Source: an uncultured Chthonomonadaceae bacterium (lineage in GTDB: Bacteria; Armatimonadota; Chthonomonadetes; Chthonomonadales; Chthonomonadaceae). From it: 64,000 nucleotides of DNA. The stretch spans positions 64,001-128,000 of the forward strand of contig CAWFQB010000005.1 of the NCBI GenBank assembly GCA_963817895.1, given 5' to 3'. Numbering within the stretch: the stretch's first letter is position 1; each line of letters starts with the position of its first letter. The notes under the pieces were generated by a model. The model was not told where the DNA came from. It did not search any database and saw nothing but the letters and a program-made list of their open reading frames with translations. Of the stretch, positions 18,948 to 31,686 are shown piece after piece. The position numbers were made by a program, and so were the translations under genes.

Positions 18948-19972
18948 ATGAATCAAACGAATACTGACTCCGCCGCAATCGAGACGCTGTTGGCGGAAGG
19001 CACGACGGATGCCGCCGCCCGACTGCGCGACATGGCGGAAACCACGCCGGAAAAAGACACGCGCAAGGCCGCCCGCCGCGCCCTGTACCTGCTGTCGCAA
19101 AAAGGCGTCACGCCGCCTGATGCGCCCGCGAAACAATCTCCTTCTGCCTCCGTAGCAAAATCGCCGCCTGTTTTAACCGCCTGGGCCAGCGCGTATGATG
19201 GCGCCGGGAATCGCCTGCTGTTTCTGGCATGGCTGAACTCGGACGGCGGTTCGCCCACGTTCCTGCAAGCCCTCCTCAACGATGCCGAGGGCGTTCGCGA
19301 CATGGAAACGCGCCGCCTGCCCCGCCGCGAACTGGACGAGCGGCTGCAGGGATTCACGTCGCAATTGGAGGGCGGCATCGCGCTTGCCGAAATCGCGCCG
19401 GATTACGGGCGGTTTCTGCTGCATCAGGCGCAAACGCGCGCCCGAGAGCAGCGCCGCATGACGCCCGCCGGGTTTATAGACCTGCTGAATGTAATCGGCG
19501 AACCGGAACAGGACTACACCGTTTCGCCCGTATGGGAGCATATTCCGCGAGGAGGATGTACTGCGCGGATACGGAAACTTATTCTGCCGCTGACCTGTTC
19601 AAACTGCCCTGGTTTGAAGCGTGGTTTTTGGATGTCAACGACGTGGTTCCCTGGCTGTCCGACGTGTACGATGTCATCGGGGACGAGAACGCTTCCGAAG
19701 AAGCGCAAAAGCAGGGCTTGGAAGCGGTTGCCGCAACAGCGGCTGCGGAACTGTTCCACGATGAATTGATGGATATATACGTTCGCCGTCTGGAAGAGAC
19801 TGCCGACGTGCTGTTGCGGCGCGAACGCGAACCGGAAGCGCGGCAGGCTCTTTATCACGCTCTGCGCCTGCGCGACGCGGCTTCCGCCGCCGACTCCGAA
19901 TTCGCCGTCGTTCTGGTACAGCGCACCATGCAGGCGGCGGTGGAGATGATGCGCCAGAGAGTTGATAGTTGA
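18948..19972 (+). CDS. Hypothetical protein, frameshift near 19550
   Basis: Two overlapping ORFs join into one plausible helical protein. Confidence 0.6.
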
Positions 19973-20074
19973 GAGTTGATAGTCCTCTTGTGGTACGGTT
20001 GCCATTCTTTAACATGACCCCAAATAAGCGCAACCAAAGTTTACACAATGGCATTGTCTATCAATTATCAACTC
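19957..20074. repeat. Inverted tandem-repeat element, 7-bp unit AGTTGA(G/T)
   Basis: GAGAGTTGATAGTTGAGAGTTGATAG...CTATCAATTATCAACTC. Confidence 0.75.
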
Positions 20075-20098
20075 CCCACAAGGAGAATTGGCTTTACT

Positions 20099-20878
20099 GT
20101 GAGTGATCCCCTGATTGCTATTGATACCGGGCAGAAAAACCCGTACCTGCTGCAAGTGACGCGGCAGGAGGTTCCCATGCGCGGCCTGCCTGCCACGTTG
20201 CACGGCACTACAGTTGTCCATCTCAGCGATTTGCACGGCGGGTTCGGCAACACGCGGGCGGTGCATGAGGAGGCTGTTCGGCAGGTGCATAGCATCAAGC
20301 CGGACCTGATTCTGCTGACCGGCGATTACATTGACAGCAAGACGCTGACCAAAGATTATCCCATTCAGGAGATGTTGTGCCAGTTGCGCGCCCCGCTCGG
20401 CGTGTTCGGTTCGCTCGGCAACCATGACCATCGGCGTGGCCCGGTCGGTACGCGCCGCCGCTTGGAACAATCCGGCGTGACCCTGCTGGTAAACGAAAAC
20501 ACGACGGTTGCGGGTGGGCTGCACATCGCGGGCATTGACGACCTGTTCGAGGGCAAGCCCAACATCCCGGCTACGATGCGCGGCCTCCCCCCGACGCCAC
20601 CAGTATCGTGATGTCGCACAACCCGCGCCTAATTGAAAAAGTGGGCAAGTACGACGTGCTGGTATTGTCCGGCCACACGCACGGCGGCCAGATCGCCTTA
20701 CCCCTCCCGAATCCCAAAATGGTATGTCTTGCTGCATCTGCGCTGTCCACAGGTCGCCGGCTGGTACAAAAAGGGCAAAGCGCGGCTGTACGTCAATCGC
20801 GGCCTCGGCGTCACCGGCAAGCCCTACCGCTACCGCTGCCCCGCTGAGATCAGCGTCTTCCGCCTTATACCGGGGTGA
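20099..20878 (+). CDS. Calcineurin-like metallophosphoesterase (YkuE-like), two frameshifts
   Basis: [31 protein letters not shown] spread over three frames. Confidence 0.85.
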
Positions 20879-20992
20879 GGAAGAAAAGGAGAAGAGGAGA
20901 AAAGGAGAGGGAACCGCTAAATACGCAAAACACACGAAAAAGAACGTTGTTTCTCCCCTTCTCCTTTTCTCCTTTTCTCCTTTTCTTTTCCA
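20878..20992. repeat. Inverted tandem-repeat element, 8-bp unit GAAAAGGA
   Basis: GAAAAGGAGAAGAGGAGAAAAGGAG...CTCCTTTTCTCCTTTTCTCCTTTTC. Confidence 0.85.
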
Positions 20993-21005
20993 GAAGAGGT
21001 GCTGA

Positions 21006-21683
21006 ATGGATATAGCAATGATGCGGGCGCAGTTGGAAGCGAAGTATCCTCTGGTGACGGTGGGCGTGGAGGTCGGGGAGCGAGTCTGGAACGTGACCTG
21101 CGTACAGGATCAGGACACGCTGCTCGATTCGGCGGAGGAGTTGGAGTTTTTCCCCTACGGCTTTTTGCTGTGGGAAGCGTCCATTGCCCTTGCGCGAAAA
21201 CTGGCGGCGAATCCGGCACTGGTGGCAGGCAAGAGCGTACTGGAATTGGGCGCGGGCGTGGGATTGCCGGGGATTGTGGCGCGTTCACTGGGCGCAACTG
21301 TTTGCCAGACGGATCATCAGGCCCACGCGCTCTGGCTGGCGCAGGTGAACGCTTCAGACAACGGCATATCCGGCATCACAACCTTCGCGGCGGACTGGCA
21401 ATCGTGGTCACATGCCAACGCTTACGACGTGGTTTTGGGCGCGGACATACTGTACGAGCGGAACATGCACTTCTACCTGTCGGATGTATTCCGGCGAACG
21501 AAGGCGAAGAACGGGCAATTGCTGCTGTCCGACCCCGGCAGACCGCAGGCGATGGAGTTCATGGCGCAACTGGAAAAACGGGGCTGGCAAATGACGCTGG
21601 AAACGCAGGTTGTAGAATTAGAAGAACCGGGACAAATCAGCAAGCCCGTTGAAGTGGCCCTGTACACGCTGACTATGGCGTAG
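21006..21683 (+). CDS. Class I SAM methyltransferase (Methyltransf_16/METTL21-like)
   Basis: LLWEASIALA, VLELGAGVGLPG, GADILY. Confidence 0.85.
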   Translation: MDIAMMRAQLEAKYPLVTVGVEVGERVWNVTCVQDQDTLLDSAEELEFFPYGFLLWEASIALARKLAANPALVAGKSVLELGAGVGLPGIVARSLGATVCQTDHQAHALWLAQVNASDNGISGITTFAADWQSWSHANAYDVVLGADILYERNMHFYLSDVFRRTKAKNGQLLLSDPGRPQAMEFMAQLEKRGWQMTLETQVVELEEPGQISKPVEVALYTLTMA

Positions 21684-21687
21684 TTTA

Positions 21688-21734
21688 CCTCACCCCAACC
21701 CCTCTCCTTGCCGCGCAACGCGCTAGGAGAGGGG
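21688..21734 (+). repeat. CCTCACCCC-type REP-like palindrome
   Basis: CCTCACCCCAACCCCTCTCC...GGAGAGGGG. Related copies at 35975-36017, 36765-36811 and 38125-38170 (inverted). Confidence 0.75.
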
Positions 21735-21785
21735 CTTTTATGGTTCTAACGTGTGCGTAGCGCATAAGACTTGATGCCCTGGCAA

Positions 21786-22908
21786 TTAAGGATGTGTGTC
21801 TTGTACAGGCACAACGTACAGCGCGTTTTTGTACTCGAAACTTAATTCTTTGCCGCCGGGCAGCCACTTTAACTCCTCAATTTTAGGTTCATCGGGAGCA
21901 AGTTTGTTCGAGGTGTTCAACGCTGACAAAATACGTCCAATTTCATGCTTGTTGCTGCCGTCTATATTGCTGACCCATACTGTTGTTATGTTGTAAAGGA
22001 TGGGCTTCACGAAGGGAAAGTAACGATGCAGCCATGCCTGCAAAGGCGATTCGGTACGCGCATGAACGAGCTAGGCGACGCGAGTCGCTGTTGGTGAAAC
22101 CCTGAACTCGTAGTGCTCTAGAGTCGAACGGCACGGCAAGCGCGCAGCGGTTTAGCGGCTTGCCATCGGATTGCAAGGACATCAGGAGAATTGTTACTGT
22201 TTTTGTGGGCGATGAATTGGCTTTCATGATGGGTTTGCCCATATCGTTCATCACCTCATCAGGCCATTGGATAAGAACCGCTTTATCGGGTGAGGCTGTC
22301 ATGTCTATATTCGCAAGTGTTGAATTCGCGTTGCGCGAAAGTTTGACGGACGCTTTCAGATTTTGCGTGTCGTGCATCACCATGTTCAGGTTAGCATCAT
22401 ACCCATAGCGTTCCAGCCAGTGCCGGCTGTCGGGCAGCCATAAAATTTCGCGGTGGTGATCACCCTCGCCCGTGTAAGGATAAAGAAAATGGCGTGTGCC
22501 ATTCACCTCTGCCAGCAGACATTCGTTCCATCGCGCCGAACACGTATACCATTTGCCATCGGGAGAGACACACTCCGAATCTACAACCTCTTCACCTAAC
22601 GTTCGGCGGTGTGCGGTCAATCCGGGCAGTTTTGTCTCTTGTCCTGTTGCAATGTCGCGCTTGTAAATCACGCGCTGATCATGCTGCGCCCCTTCGAAGC
22701 GATCAAAGAGAACTTCGTGGTCGGAGAGCCAGTGATTGCGAATACTTTCGTTGAAGCGTTTGCCGCCTAGTCCCCATTGCGTCGTGTCGGCGACGTGGCG
22801 GGCGTGTTCGAGCAGCAAACGGTCGCGTGGAACGAGCCGCCACGCGATTAAACAAGCGCCGAGCACAACCATTAGAAAAATCAGCACGAGTCGAAACCGC
22901 CTGCGCAT
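21786..22908 (-). CDS. Membrane-anchored TolB/WD40-like protein, frameshift near 22070; paralog of the next gene
   Basis: N-terminal TM, VSPDGKW, WLPDSRHW; C-terminus WLPGGKELSFEYK. Confidence 0.65.
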
Positions 22909-22922
22909 GGCGACAATACTCC

Positions 22923-24065
22923 TCAATTGACCGCTGCGGAATAGTACGCGCTCTTGTATTTGAACCACGCGGTTTTACAGTCCGGCATCCATCCTGACTG
23001 TAACAAACTATCCGCATCTCCCTCATCCGCGTCGTCGCCGTTGCCGTCAATCGGAAGAACGATATGCCCGGCTTCGCGCCAATCGCCGCCATCCAGCCGA
23101 GAAGTCCACAGTCCGACCCAGGTTTGCTTGCGTGGCGGCGGGTGCGGGAGTTTGCTTTGAAGCCAGTGCTGTAAGGGCGATTCCGGTACGCCCTCCACCT
23201 GCCACAGAACATGGCTGCCATCGGGAGAAACGGCATGACGGATATAACGCAAACCTATCGGCAACGTAACGCGATACGATTTCAGGCGAACAACCTTGCC
23301 CCACTCCGGCTGCAAAGCGAATTCCAGAAAGGCCACATCAGAACTCTGGCCCGATGCAGCATTGATGTCCTCAAAATTACAGGTGATCAGGTGGTCATGC
23401 GTGGTCAGAACGCAATTGTCATACTCGTCATACATGCTTAGATGTCCGCTTTGCAGCGGCGGCAACGTCATTCGGATGTTGCTTCTAGGGTCCTGAATGT
23501 CGTGTAGAGTAACAAAGTCCTGATGAAGAGTGACATATTCCAGCCAGTGGCGATTGTCGGCAAGCCAGTGGTTCTCGAAGTGCCGGTAATCGCCCTCCTC
23601 GACCTTCCAGCGCAATTGTTGGCCTGCGACAGTGTTCCAGACGTGGACAGTTTCTCCGTCCAGTCTGGTATGCCACATCAGCCATTGCCCATTCGGGGAA
23701 AGCGCCGGATCAGCATAACGCTCTTCCAGTTGGTTTCCGAATGGGATAGTCTTGATGGTGGTGGCCCCGGTGTGTAAATCGTGACGCGCAATACTGTAAA
23801 GGGTAGGATGGTGATAGTCGTTAAGGTGAAGTTCGGCAACTTCGCCGTTCGGCATCCATTGTCTATCCCATGAAAAACTATCATGGCTTTCGTCAGAATT
23901 TTCCTTTACAATTGAATTGGCCGGCTTATCTTTTACATCTTGCAAGCGTAATTTGACGGCGCGTTGCAGCAGCAGGCGCTCACCGCCGTAGAATACGCGG
24001 ACGCCGACGGCAAGCAACATAAAGCAAAACAACAACGCCAGAATTTTGAACCATCTGCGCTTCAT
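22923..24065 (-). CDS. Membrane-anchored TolB/WD40-like protein
   Basis: N-terminal TM, LSPNGQWL, WLADNRHW, VSPDGSHV, WMPDCKTAWFKYK. Confidence 0.7.
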   Translation of the reverse strand: MKRRWFKILALLFCFMLLAVGVRVFYGGERLLLQRAVKLRLQDVKDKPANSIVKENSDESHDSFSWDRQWMPNGEVAELHLNDYHHPTLYSIARHDLHTGATTIKTIPFGNQLEERYADPALSPNGQWLMWHTRLDGETVHVWNTVAGQQLRWKVEEGDYRHFENHWLADNRHWLEYVTLHQDFVTLHDIQDPRSNIRMTLPPLQSGHLSMYDEYDNCVLTTHDHLITCNFEDINAASGQSSDVAFLEFALQPEWGKVVRLKSYRVTLPIGLRYIRHAVSPDGSHVLWQVEGVPESPLQHWLQSKLPHPPPRKQTWVGLWTSRLDGGDWREAGHIVLPIDGNGDDADEGDADSLLQSGWMPDCKTAWFKYKSAYYSAAVN

Positions 24066-24120
24066 AAGCAATTTTCGGTCAGGAATGGCACACAAAAGAC
24101 ATGAGGGGGGGTTGATGTTT

Positions 24121-24480
24121 TCACAGATTAAGGAGAATTCGTAACTTGTCTTCGACCTCAACCATCGTCGCGGCTGAAATATTTCCCATTCGCCGATGAA
24201 GCCGTTCTTTAGCGACAGAACGTATATCTTCGCATTTGATGTAACTAATTACGCTCAACCCACCTTCAGGCGGCTGAACTGCCACATGGGAACGCACTCC
24301 TTTGGAACGGCTGGTGATGGGCAATAAGATCACCAACTCGGCGGGACCAGCATTGAAGACGTTTACGGAAAGGATGAGCGCGGGACGGGTTCCCGCCTGC
24401 TCATGCCCACGAGTGGGATCGAAGTTCAGCATCCAGACTTCCCCTCGCAACGGCGAAAGTGAAGAGGGAACAGGACTCAT
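24121..24480 (-). CDS. MazF/PemK family endoribonuclease toxin
   Basis: RGEVW..FDPTRGHEQAGTRPALILS, LPITS. Confidence 0.92.
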   Translation of the reverse strand: MSPVPSSLSPLRGEVWMLNFDPTRGHEQAGTRPALILSVNVFNAGPAELVILLPITSRSKGVRSHVAVQPPEGGLSVISYIKCEDIRSVAKERLHRRMGNISAATMVEVEDKLRILLNL

Positions 24481-24737
24481 ATCGGCTCCAATCCATCCGC
24501 CAGAGTCTGTTCCCAGAGTTTGCGCTCCTCCATCTCCTCCGCCCACTCCTCCGGCTGCGCCCGCAATGCGGCAAAGTCGGCATTGAGGGCTTCAAGGAAA
24601 GAATGGCGACGATAGGCTTCAACGGCGCGATCAAGAATAGTCTGCATGGGCAGGCCGTTCTCTTTAGAAAGCGCGGTCAATTGTTGATGCGTTTGCTTTG
24701 TGACGCGGACGTTCACGCTTCCCATTTGTATCGTCAT
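24477..24737 (-). CDS. Cognate antitoxin (RHH-like)
   Basis: AAGGAG RBS, ATGA overlap with the toxin, acidic C-terminus WEQTLADGLE. Confidence 0.85.
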   Translation of the reverse strand: MTIQMGSVNVRVTKQTHQQLTALSKENGLPMQTILDRAVEAYRRHSFLEALNADFAALRAQPEEWAEEMEERKLWEQTLADGLEPI

Positions 24738-24843
24738 CGGTATACTCCTTTTTGTTAGTAGCGCTGTTAGTATACTAAATGGCGGCTGATATTGCAAAGC
24801 GCAAAGCAGAATACCAACGCCAAAACTTTGAACACTCTGCGCT

Positions 24844-26083
24844 TCATCGCAATATTCCTTGAAGATTTGGAAGCATGGGAAGACAGCCGGATTTACCACG
24901 CGGGTTGCTCGGCGTTGCCAATGAGTTTGCGGCTGGTTTTGCCGTCAAGGGATGTGAGCCGGATGCCCCGGTTATCGTCCTCATTCGCGTAGCCGATGTG
25001 CGAATAGGCAATCCATTTACCGTCAGGAGTAAAACAGGGATCGGTTCCATTGATCGCTTATTTCGCGCGTTGCGCCCGCGCTTATATAGCCGTCCTCGTT
25101 CTTGATATCGAGAACATTGATGACAGCATAGCCGGAACCTGTAGGCGGTGCAGCGCATACGCCAGATGCTTCTCATCCGGCGACCATGCAAGTCCTGTCA
25201 CCCCCACGTTCTGGCGGCTGCCGTGATAATTGGGATCGTCGTAGTCGGCAGTGGATTTCAGGCGCGTCACGTCCCACTCCCAGGCATGCCAATCTTCCAG
25301 ATTAGCGGAGAGGTTTCGACGCTCGCCCCGTTGCGCAAGCCAGATGTCGCCGTTTCGCGCAAAGGCCAGATATTTGCCCGAACGGGAAAACGCGGGTTGT
25401 TCCTGATGCGAAAAACCGAAGTGGGTTCCCTGCTCGGTCACATCCAACAGCGCAACCGGCGCGCGATTCACTCCCGCCTGCGCGGAAACGGCAAACAGGC
25501 TGTCGGCATCTATGGTTCTACCGTCTTGAACATCGCTGCGCGGCCCAATGGCTGAGTCCGCGCGTTTCAGCGTCAGCGTTTCATCGTGGCTGAACAGCAC
25601 GGTGTCGGTAAGCGGGTCCCATGTCAGCCCCTCAATGCCATAGCCCGCATAGCCGTCATGATCGGGTTCCGGCTTCCATTGCGTGGTGAGCGAACGTTCG
25701 CCGGTTCCATCCGTCTTAATTGTCCAGATATTGTTATCACGGGCGAAGGCGAGTTGTTTGTGATCCCATGACCAGCGGGGCGAATTCGCGTTGTATATCA
25801 GCAGACGGGGATTTGCGCCATCACGGTCTGCTGTCCACACGTCATTGCCGCGCACAAACGCCAGTTTACAGGCGCGTAATGGCAAGGGGGCAAGCGCGGG
25901 ATGCGGCATTTGCGTCGGTGTCGGGAGGTCTTTCGAACAGGCAGTACAAGGCGCAGCGGCAGCGGGCGCAGGGGCCGGAACCACAGGAGGCGGGACATGA
26001 CGACGATGCCCCTGCGCCCACACCAGCGCCCACGCGCCGGTTTCGACCCAAAGCAAGAGCAACAAATGCGAACGGGACAGCAT
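24844..26083 (-). CDS. Secreted TolB/PD40 beta-propeller protein, frameshift near 25140
   Basis: PRWSWDHKQLAF, PAFSRSGKYLAF, LAWSPDEKHLAY; GAGGAGG RBS. Confidence 0.75.
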
Positions 26084-26340
26084 ACGGCCTCCTCTGCGCG
26101 ATAACAACAATAGTTCGATACCGACACATCTGCAAACGATGAAATTAGAAAGACACGGGGAATGAGAGTAGTATAACAGAAACAAAGAAGAAGAACAAGA
26201 GCAAATCAGGGTGAATTTTGGTTACTTTCCGGTTTTACGCGCCCTTTAGCACAACACGCGCTGTTTTGCGATACAATAGAGGGAAGATACGAGATACAAG
26301 CCGAACACCTAACACCAAATGCCGATGTGGATACATTACT

Positions 26341-28385
<2,045 letters not shown>

Positions 28386-28387
28386 GT

Positions 28388-29431
28388 ATGGTTCTCATCT
28401 CGTGCGACCCGGAATTTGAAGCGCAGGCTTTGCAGGAGTTGCGGGAACTATGGCCCGCCATGCCGTCCCCGGAATGGGTAGGGGATGGCGTGGCGCGGTG
28501 CGTACCCGGAGTTGAATTCGGGGCGTTTGCCGCGCTTGTGACGAAACATGCGCCCATTTTCATCCGGCATATCGCGCCCGTGCAGCGCGAAGTGGAATTG
28601 AGCGGCGGAACGGCTGATCTGGAATTGTTCGCAAACGCCGCGTTGAGCCTTGCGTCCCTGCTGAACCCGAACGAAACCTTTGCCGTTCAGACGCGCTTTC
28701 TGCACGAAGAAGCGCGTCCGTATCGCAAGTTCACCCTGAACGAAACGCTTTCCACGCGGCTGCAAGCCGAAACAGGCGCGGCAATGGAGTGCAAGACGCC
28801 CGCGCAGGTGGTTTCCGTCGCCTGTACGCAGACGCGGGGCTATGTCGGCATTTCGCGTACTGCGCAGAACCGCAGCGCGTGGCCGGGTGGGGAACACCGT
28901 TTCAAGCGCGAGGAGGGGCAAATCAGCCGCGCCGAGTTCAAACTGCTGGAAGCCTTAGACGTATTCGGCCTGACGCTTCCTGTCGGCGGCAAGGCGCTGG
29001 ACATGGGCGCGGCTCCCGGCGGCTGGACGCGCGTATTGCGGCAGCAGGGCTTGCGCGTTGTGGCGGTTGACCCTGCCGACATGGACGTTCGCTTTCGGCG
29101 CGACCCGAACGTAACCCATGTTGCCAAAACAATCGAGGCGTTTTTGCCCACGCTGAAAACGCGCTTTGATGTTGTGGTCAATGATATGCGGATGGATGCC
29201 GACGCCTCGGTAGAAATGATGCTGAAAGCCAGCCGCAGCCTTGTGCCGGACGGCCTCGCGATTATGACGCTGAAATTGACAAAGGCAGTGGAAACGCGGC
29301 GCAGCGTTCTGGACGAAGTTCGGCAGGCATTGGAACGGTTACGGCGCGAGTACGATGTTGTCGGGGCGCGGCAACTGTACCACAATCGCAGCGAAGTAAC
29401 GGCAGCTTTGCGACGCAAAAGTGAGGGCTGA
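28388..29431 (+). CDS. FtsJ/RlmM-like RNA 2'-O-methyltransferase
   Basis: ISRAEFKLLEA, ALDMGAAPGGWT, VNDM, TLK, EVT. Confidence 0.85.
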   Translation: MVLISCDPEFEAQALQELRELWPAMPSPEWVGDGVARCVPGVEFGAFAALVTKHAPIFIRHIAPVQREVELSGGTADLELFANAALSLASLLNPNETFAVQTRFLHEEARPYRKFTLNETLSTRLQAETGAAMECKTPAQVVSVACTQTRGYVGISRTAQNRSAWPGGEHRFKREEGQISRAEFKLLEALDVFGLTLPVGGKALDMGAAPGGWTRVLRQQGLRVVAVDPADMDVRFRRDPNVTHVAKTIEAFLPTLKTRFDVVVNDMRMDADASVEMMLKASRSLVPDGLAIMTLKLTKAVETRRSVLDEVRQALERLRREYDVVGARQLYHNRSEVTAALRRKSEG

Positions 29432-29482
29432 AACCCCCGAAAACTTCGCGGCTGAAATTTCATAAAAATTGTGAAAATAGTG

Positions 29483-29516
29483 GGAACAACTGCCGCCACG
29501 GCTCCGTCTCTATAAT
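29483..29516 (+). promoter_or_regulatory. Putative promoter (ECF-like GGAAC-N17-CGTC, followed by TATAAT)
   Basis: GGAAC 29483-87, CGTC 29505-08, TATAAT 29511-16. Confidence 0.5.
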
Positions 29517-29519
29517 CGT

Positions 29520-30068
29520 AATCCACACAGTTGGATACCTACAAAGAAATAGAGTTGAACAACTGAATACCGCGAATAACCAAATACCGGCAAACGAGAT
29601 AGCCAACTGAATAGCGCGTCAAAACTAAATACTGTCACAAAACAAATAGCGACCCTAAAATGAATATCGTTTCCCGCATCGGCAATGTTTGTTGATGTGT
29701 GGTTCAGGCCTTGAGCGTCTGTGCAATGTCTTGTGGACATTCTGCGCAGGCGTTCTTTTACTATATTTTGCTCTAACTTCATAGCGTTGGACAACTACAT
29801 AGTGGTCGAAACAACTTAATAGCGCGAAAAACCTCATAACGGCTCAACCTGACAACTGAATACACAATTGAATAGTCAACTGAATACGCGGCAATCGGAT
29901 TTCCCGACCAGACAACGACATAACGGTACAATCGAATACAGCGTACTGCAGCTCAAAATTGAATAGCGTCCACAATCGAATAGCGTTCCAATCAAACAGA
30001 GTTAAAGTTGTGAAATATACAAATTATTGTAGCGTCCTTTGTGCCTGAAGCGCAAAGGACGCTATTTT
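29520..30068 (+). ncRNA. Candidate ~550-nt multi-motif non-coding RNA
   Basis: About 20 same-strand copies of a CAACTGAATAG-like motif, central G:U-containing hairpins, upstream promoter-like sequence, downstream terminator, no credible ORF. Confidence 0.65.
30030..30068 (+). terminator. Intrinsic terminator
   Basis: TAGCGTCCTTTGTGC-CTGAA-GCGCAAAGGACGCTA then TTTT. Confidence 0.8.
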
Positions 30069-30220
30069 CATGCCTGCTAAATAAAACTTCGTGGGGACAT
30101 AACATGTGTCCCCACGTTTCTTATTTGAATGATGGTATATATGAAAATACCTGTAAAAATACCCGCCGCCCACGTTTATATATGTGGCGGCGGGAGATGG
30201 TTTGACTGGAAACGAGTTGC

Positions 30221-30886
30221 TTACGCGGCGTTGCCGGCGTTAGCGGCGCGGCGGCCGGGAGTGGGATGCGCGGCGATGTATTTGGCAATCGCATCCTTCT
30301 GCGGGGCGGTGAGCAGGGCTTCCACCTGCATTTTGAAATCAGCGTTCACTTCACGGTTTTTCGCCTGACGATCCGCCTGCGCCACGCCTTTCAGCTTGGC
30401 GCTTTCCGTTTCGGTGATGGCGCTGATTTTGTCCATCTGGTCTTTGGTCAGCTTCACATCCGGCAGCGCGCCGACGGGAATGGTCTGGCTGGCGTTGAGC
30501 ATGCTGATCATGGGCATCGCCTTTTCAACGGCGTTGGCCTGATCGGTGGTCAGGACGGCCTTGACATCCGCAACCGCTTTGGTGTTCACGTCGCGGCGGG
30601 CGGTGGCGTCGGCAGCGGCAGCCGCGTCGGTTTTGGCTTTGTCCTGCAAACCGGTTATTTTGGTCTTCTGCTCGTCTTTAAGCGGGCTGACCATATCCAG
30701 AACGGCGACTGGAAGCGTCGCCAGCGTAAGGCGGGCGCCGCCTCCGCGACGTCCCTGACGGGCGGGCGCGGCGCCGGCTGCGGGCGCTTGTCCGGCGGGT
30801 GCCGGGGGCGCGTCCTGCGCAAAGACAGGAATCGTGACAGCGAAAAGGGCGGCGGCAACCATCGTGTTGCGAATGAGATTGTACAT
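30221..30886 (-). CDS. Secreted Spy/CpxP-like LTxxQ protein
   Basis: Signal peptide; LKDEQK, LTTDQ, LTKDQ, LTAPQK. Confidence 0.7.
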   Translation of the reverse strand: MYNLIRNTMVAAALFAVTIPVFAQDAPPAPAGQAPAAGAAPARQGRRGGGARLTLATLPVAVLDMVSPLKDEQKTKITGLQDKAKTDAAAAADATARRDVNTKAVADVKAVLTTDQANAVEKAMPMISMLNASQTIPVGALPDVKLTKDQMDKISAITETESAKLKGVAQADRQAKNREVNADFKMQVEALLTAPQKDAIAKYIAAHPTPGRRAANAGNAA

Positions 30887-31686
30887 GGAAACATCCTCCG
30901 AGAACGAGTGAAGTAAACGATCGAAGCGAGCAATCAGATGAAACAGTGAAAATTTTGCGGGCGGCAATGTCCGCGCAAGTGGTTTGAAATGGCAGTTGGC
31001 GCAATCCGCGCCTAAACAAATTGGTAGACGCCAAAAACTGCCCATAGTTCATTTTACCAGCAAATTTGTTTGCTTTCCAAATTTTCCACAAAAATAAAGG
31101 GTGTTTGGGTTGAGGAGGGATGCGAGATGAATTCTCTCCTGCTTGTATCTTGTATCTTGTATCTCGTATCTCTCCTCTTCTCCTTTTCTTCCCTTCTGCC
31201 CTGCTTGACACAAAACTGCAACCTTGCTATACTATATTTCGTAGCAGAACATAATGCTGCCTGCGTTCGGGTTTGTAACTTTCGCTCTACCCGGTGCAAC
31301 CTTTCTGCCGCCTGTCGCTGTCTATATGTGTGGCAACCATGAAACTACACAATCTACACAACTGCATCACGGACTGTCATTGCGAAGCCCATAGCGCGCC
31401 TGCCGCTCACGAGCGGTTGGCATGGCCTTGCGCCGACCAAAGCGGAAGACAGGGGAGCGTCGTAAGACAGGGAATCCTACGGCATACCCAACATCGGCAC
31501 ACGCCTGCGCCTGTGTCGGCGTCGCCTCCTCCCGCTCCATGCCCCGGCATCGGGCGGGTTTTGCGTTTGGGAAGATTGGTGGTTGGTGGTTGGTGGTTGG
31601 TGGCTGGTTAAATCAGGCGGTAATGAGTTGCTGTCCATAATCTACTGTCTACTGTCTACTTTCAACGAAAGGGGAGTCGAACCACG

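Noticed and set aside
29510..29837. Minus-strand ORFs 29510..29794 and 29655..29837
   Set aside because: No RBS or recognisable motifs; antisense to the motif array.
29520..30000. CRISPR array or replication-origin iterons
   Set aside because: Repeats are ~11 nt, degenerate and irregularly spaced. No cas, rep or dnaA gene and no DnaA-box cluster is visible.
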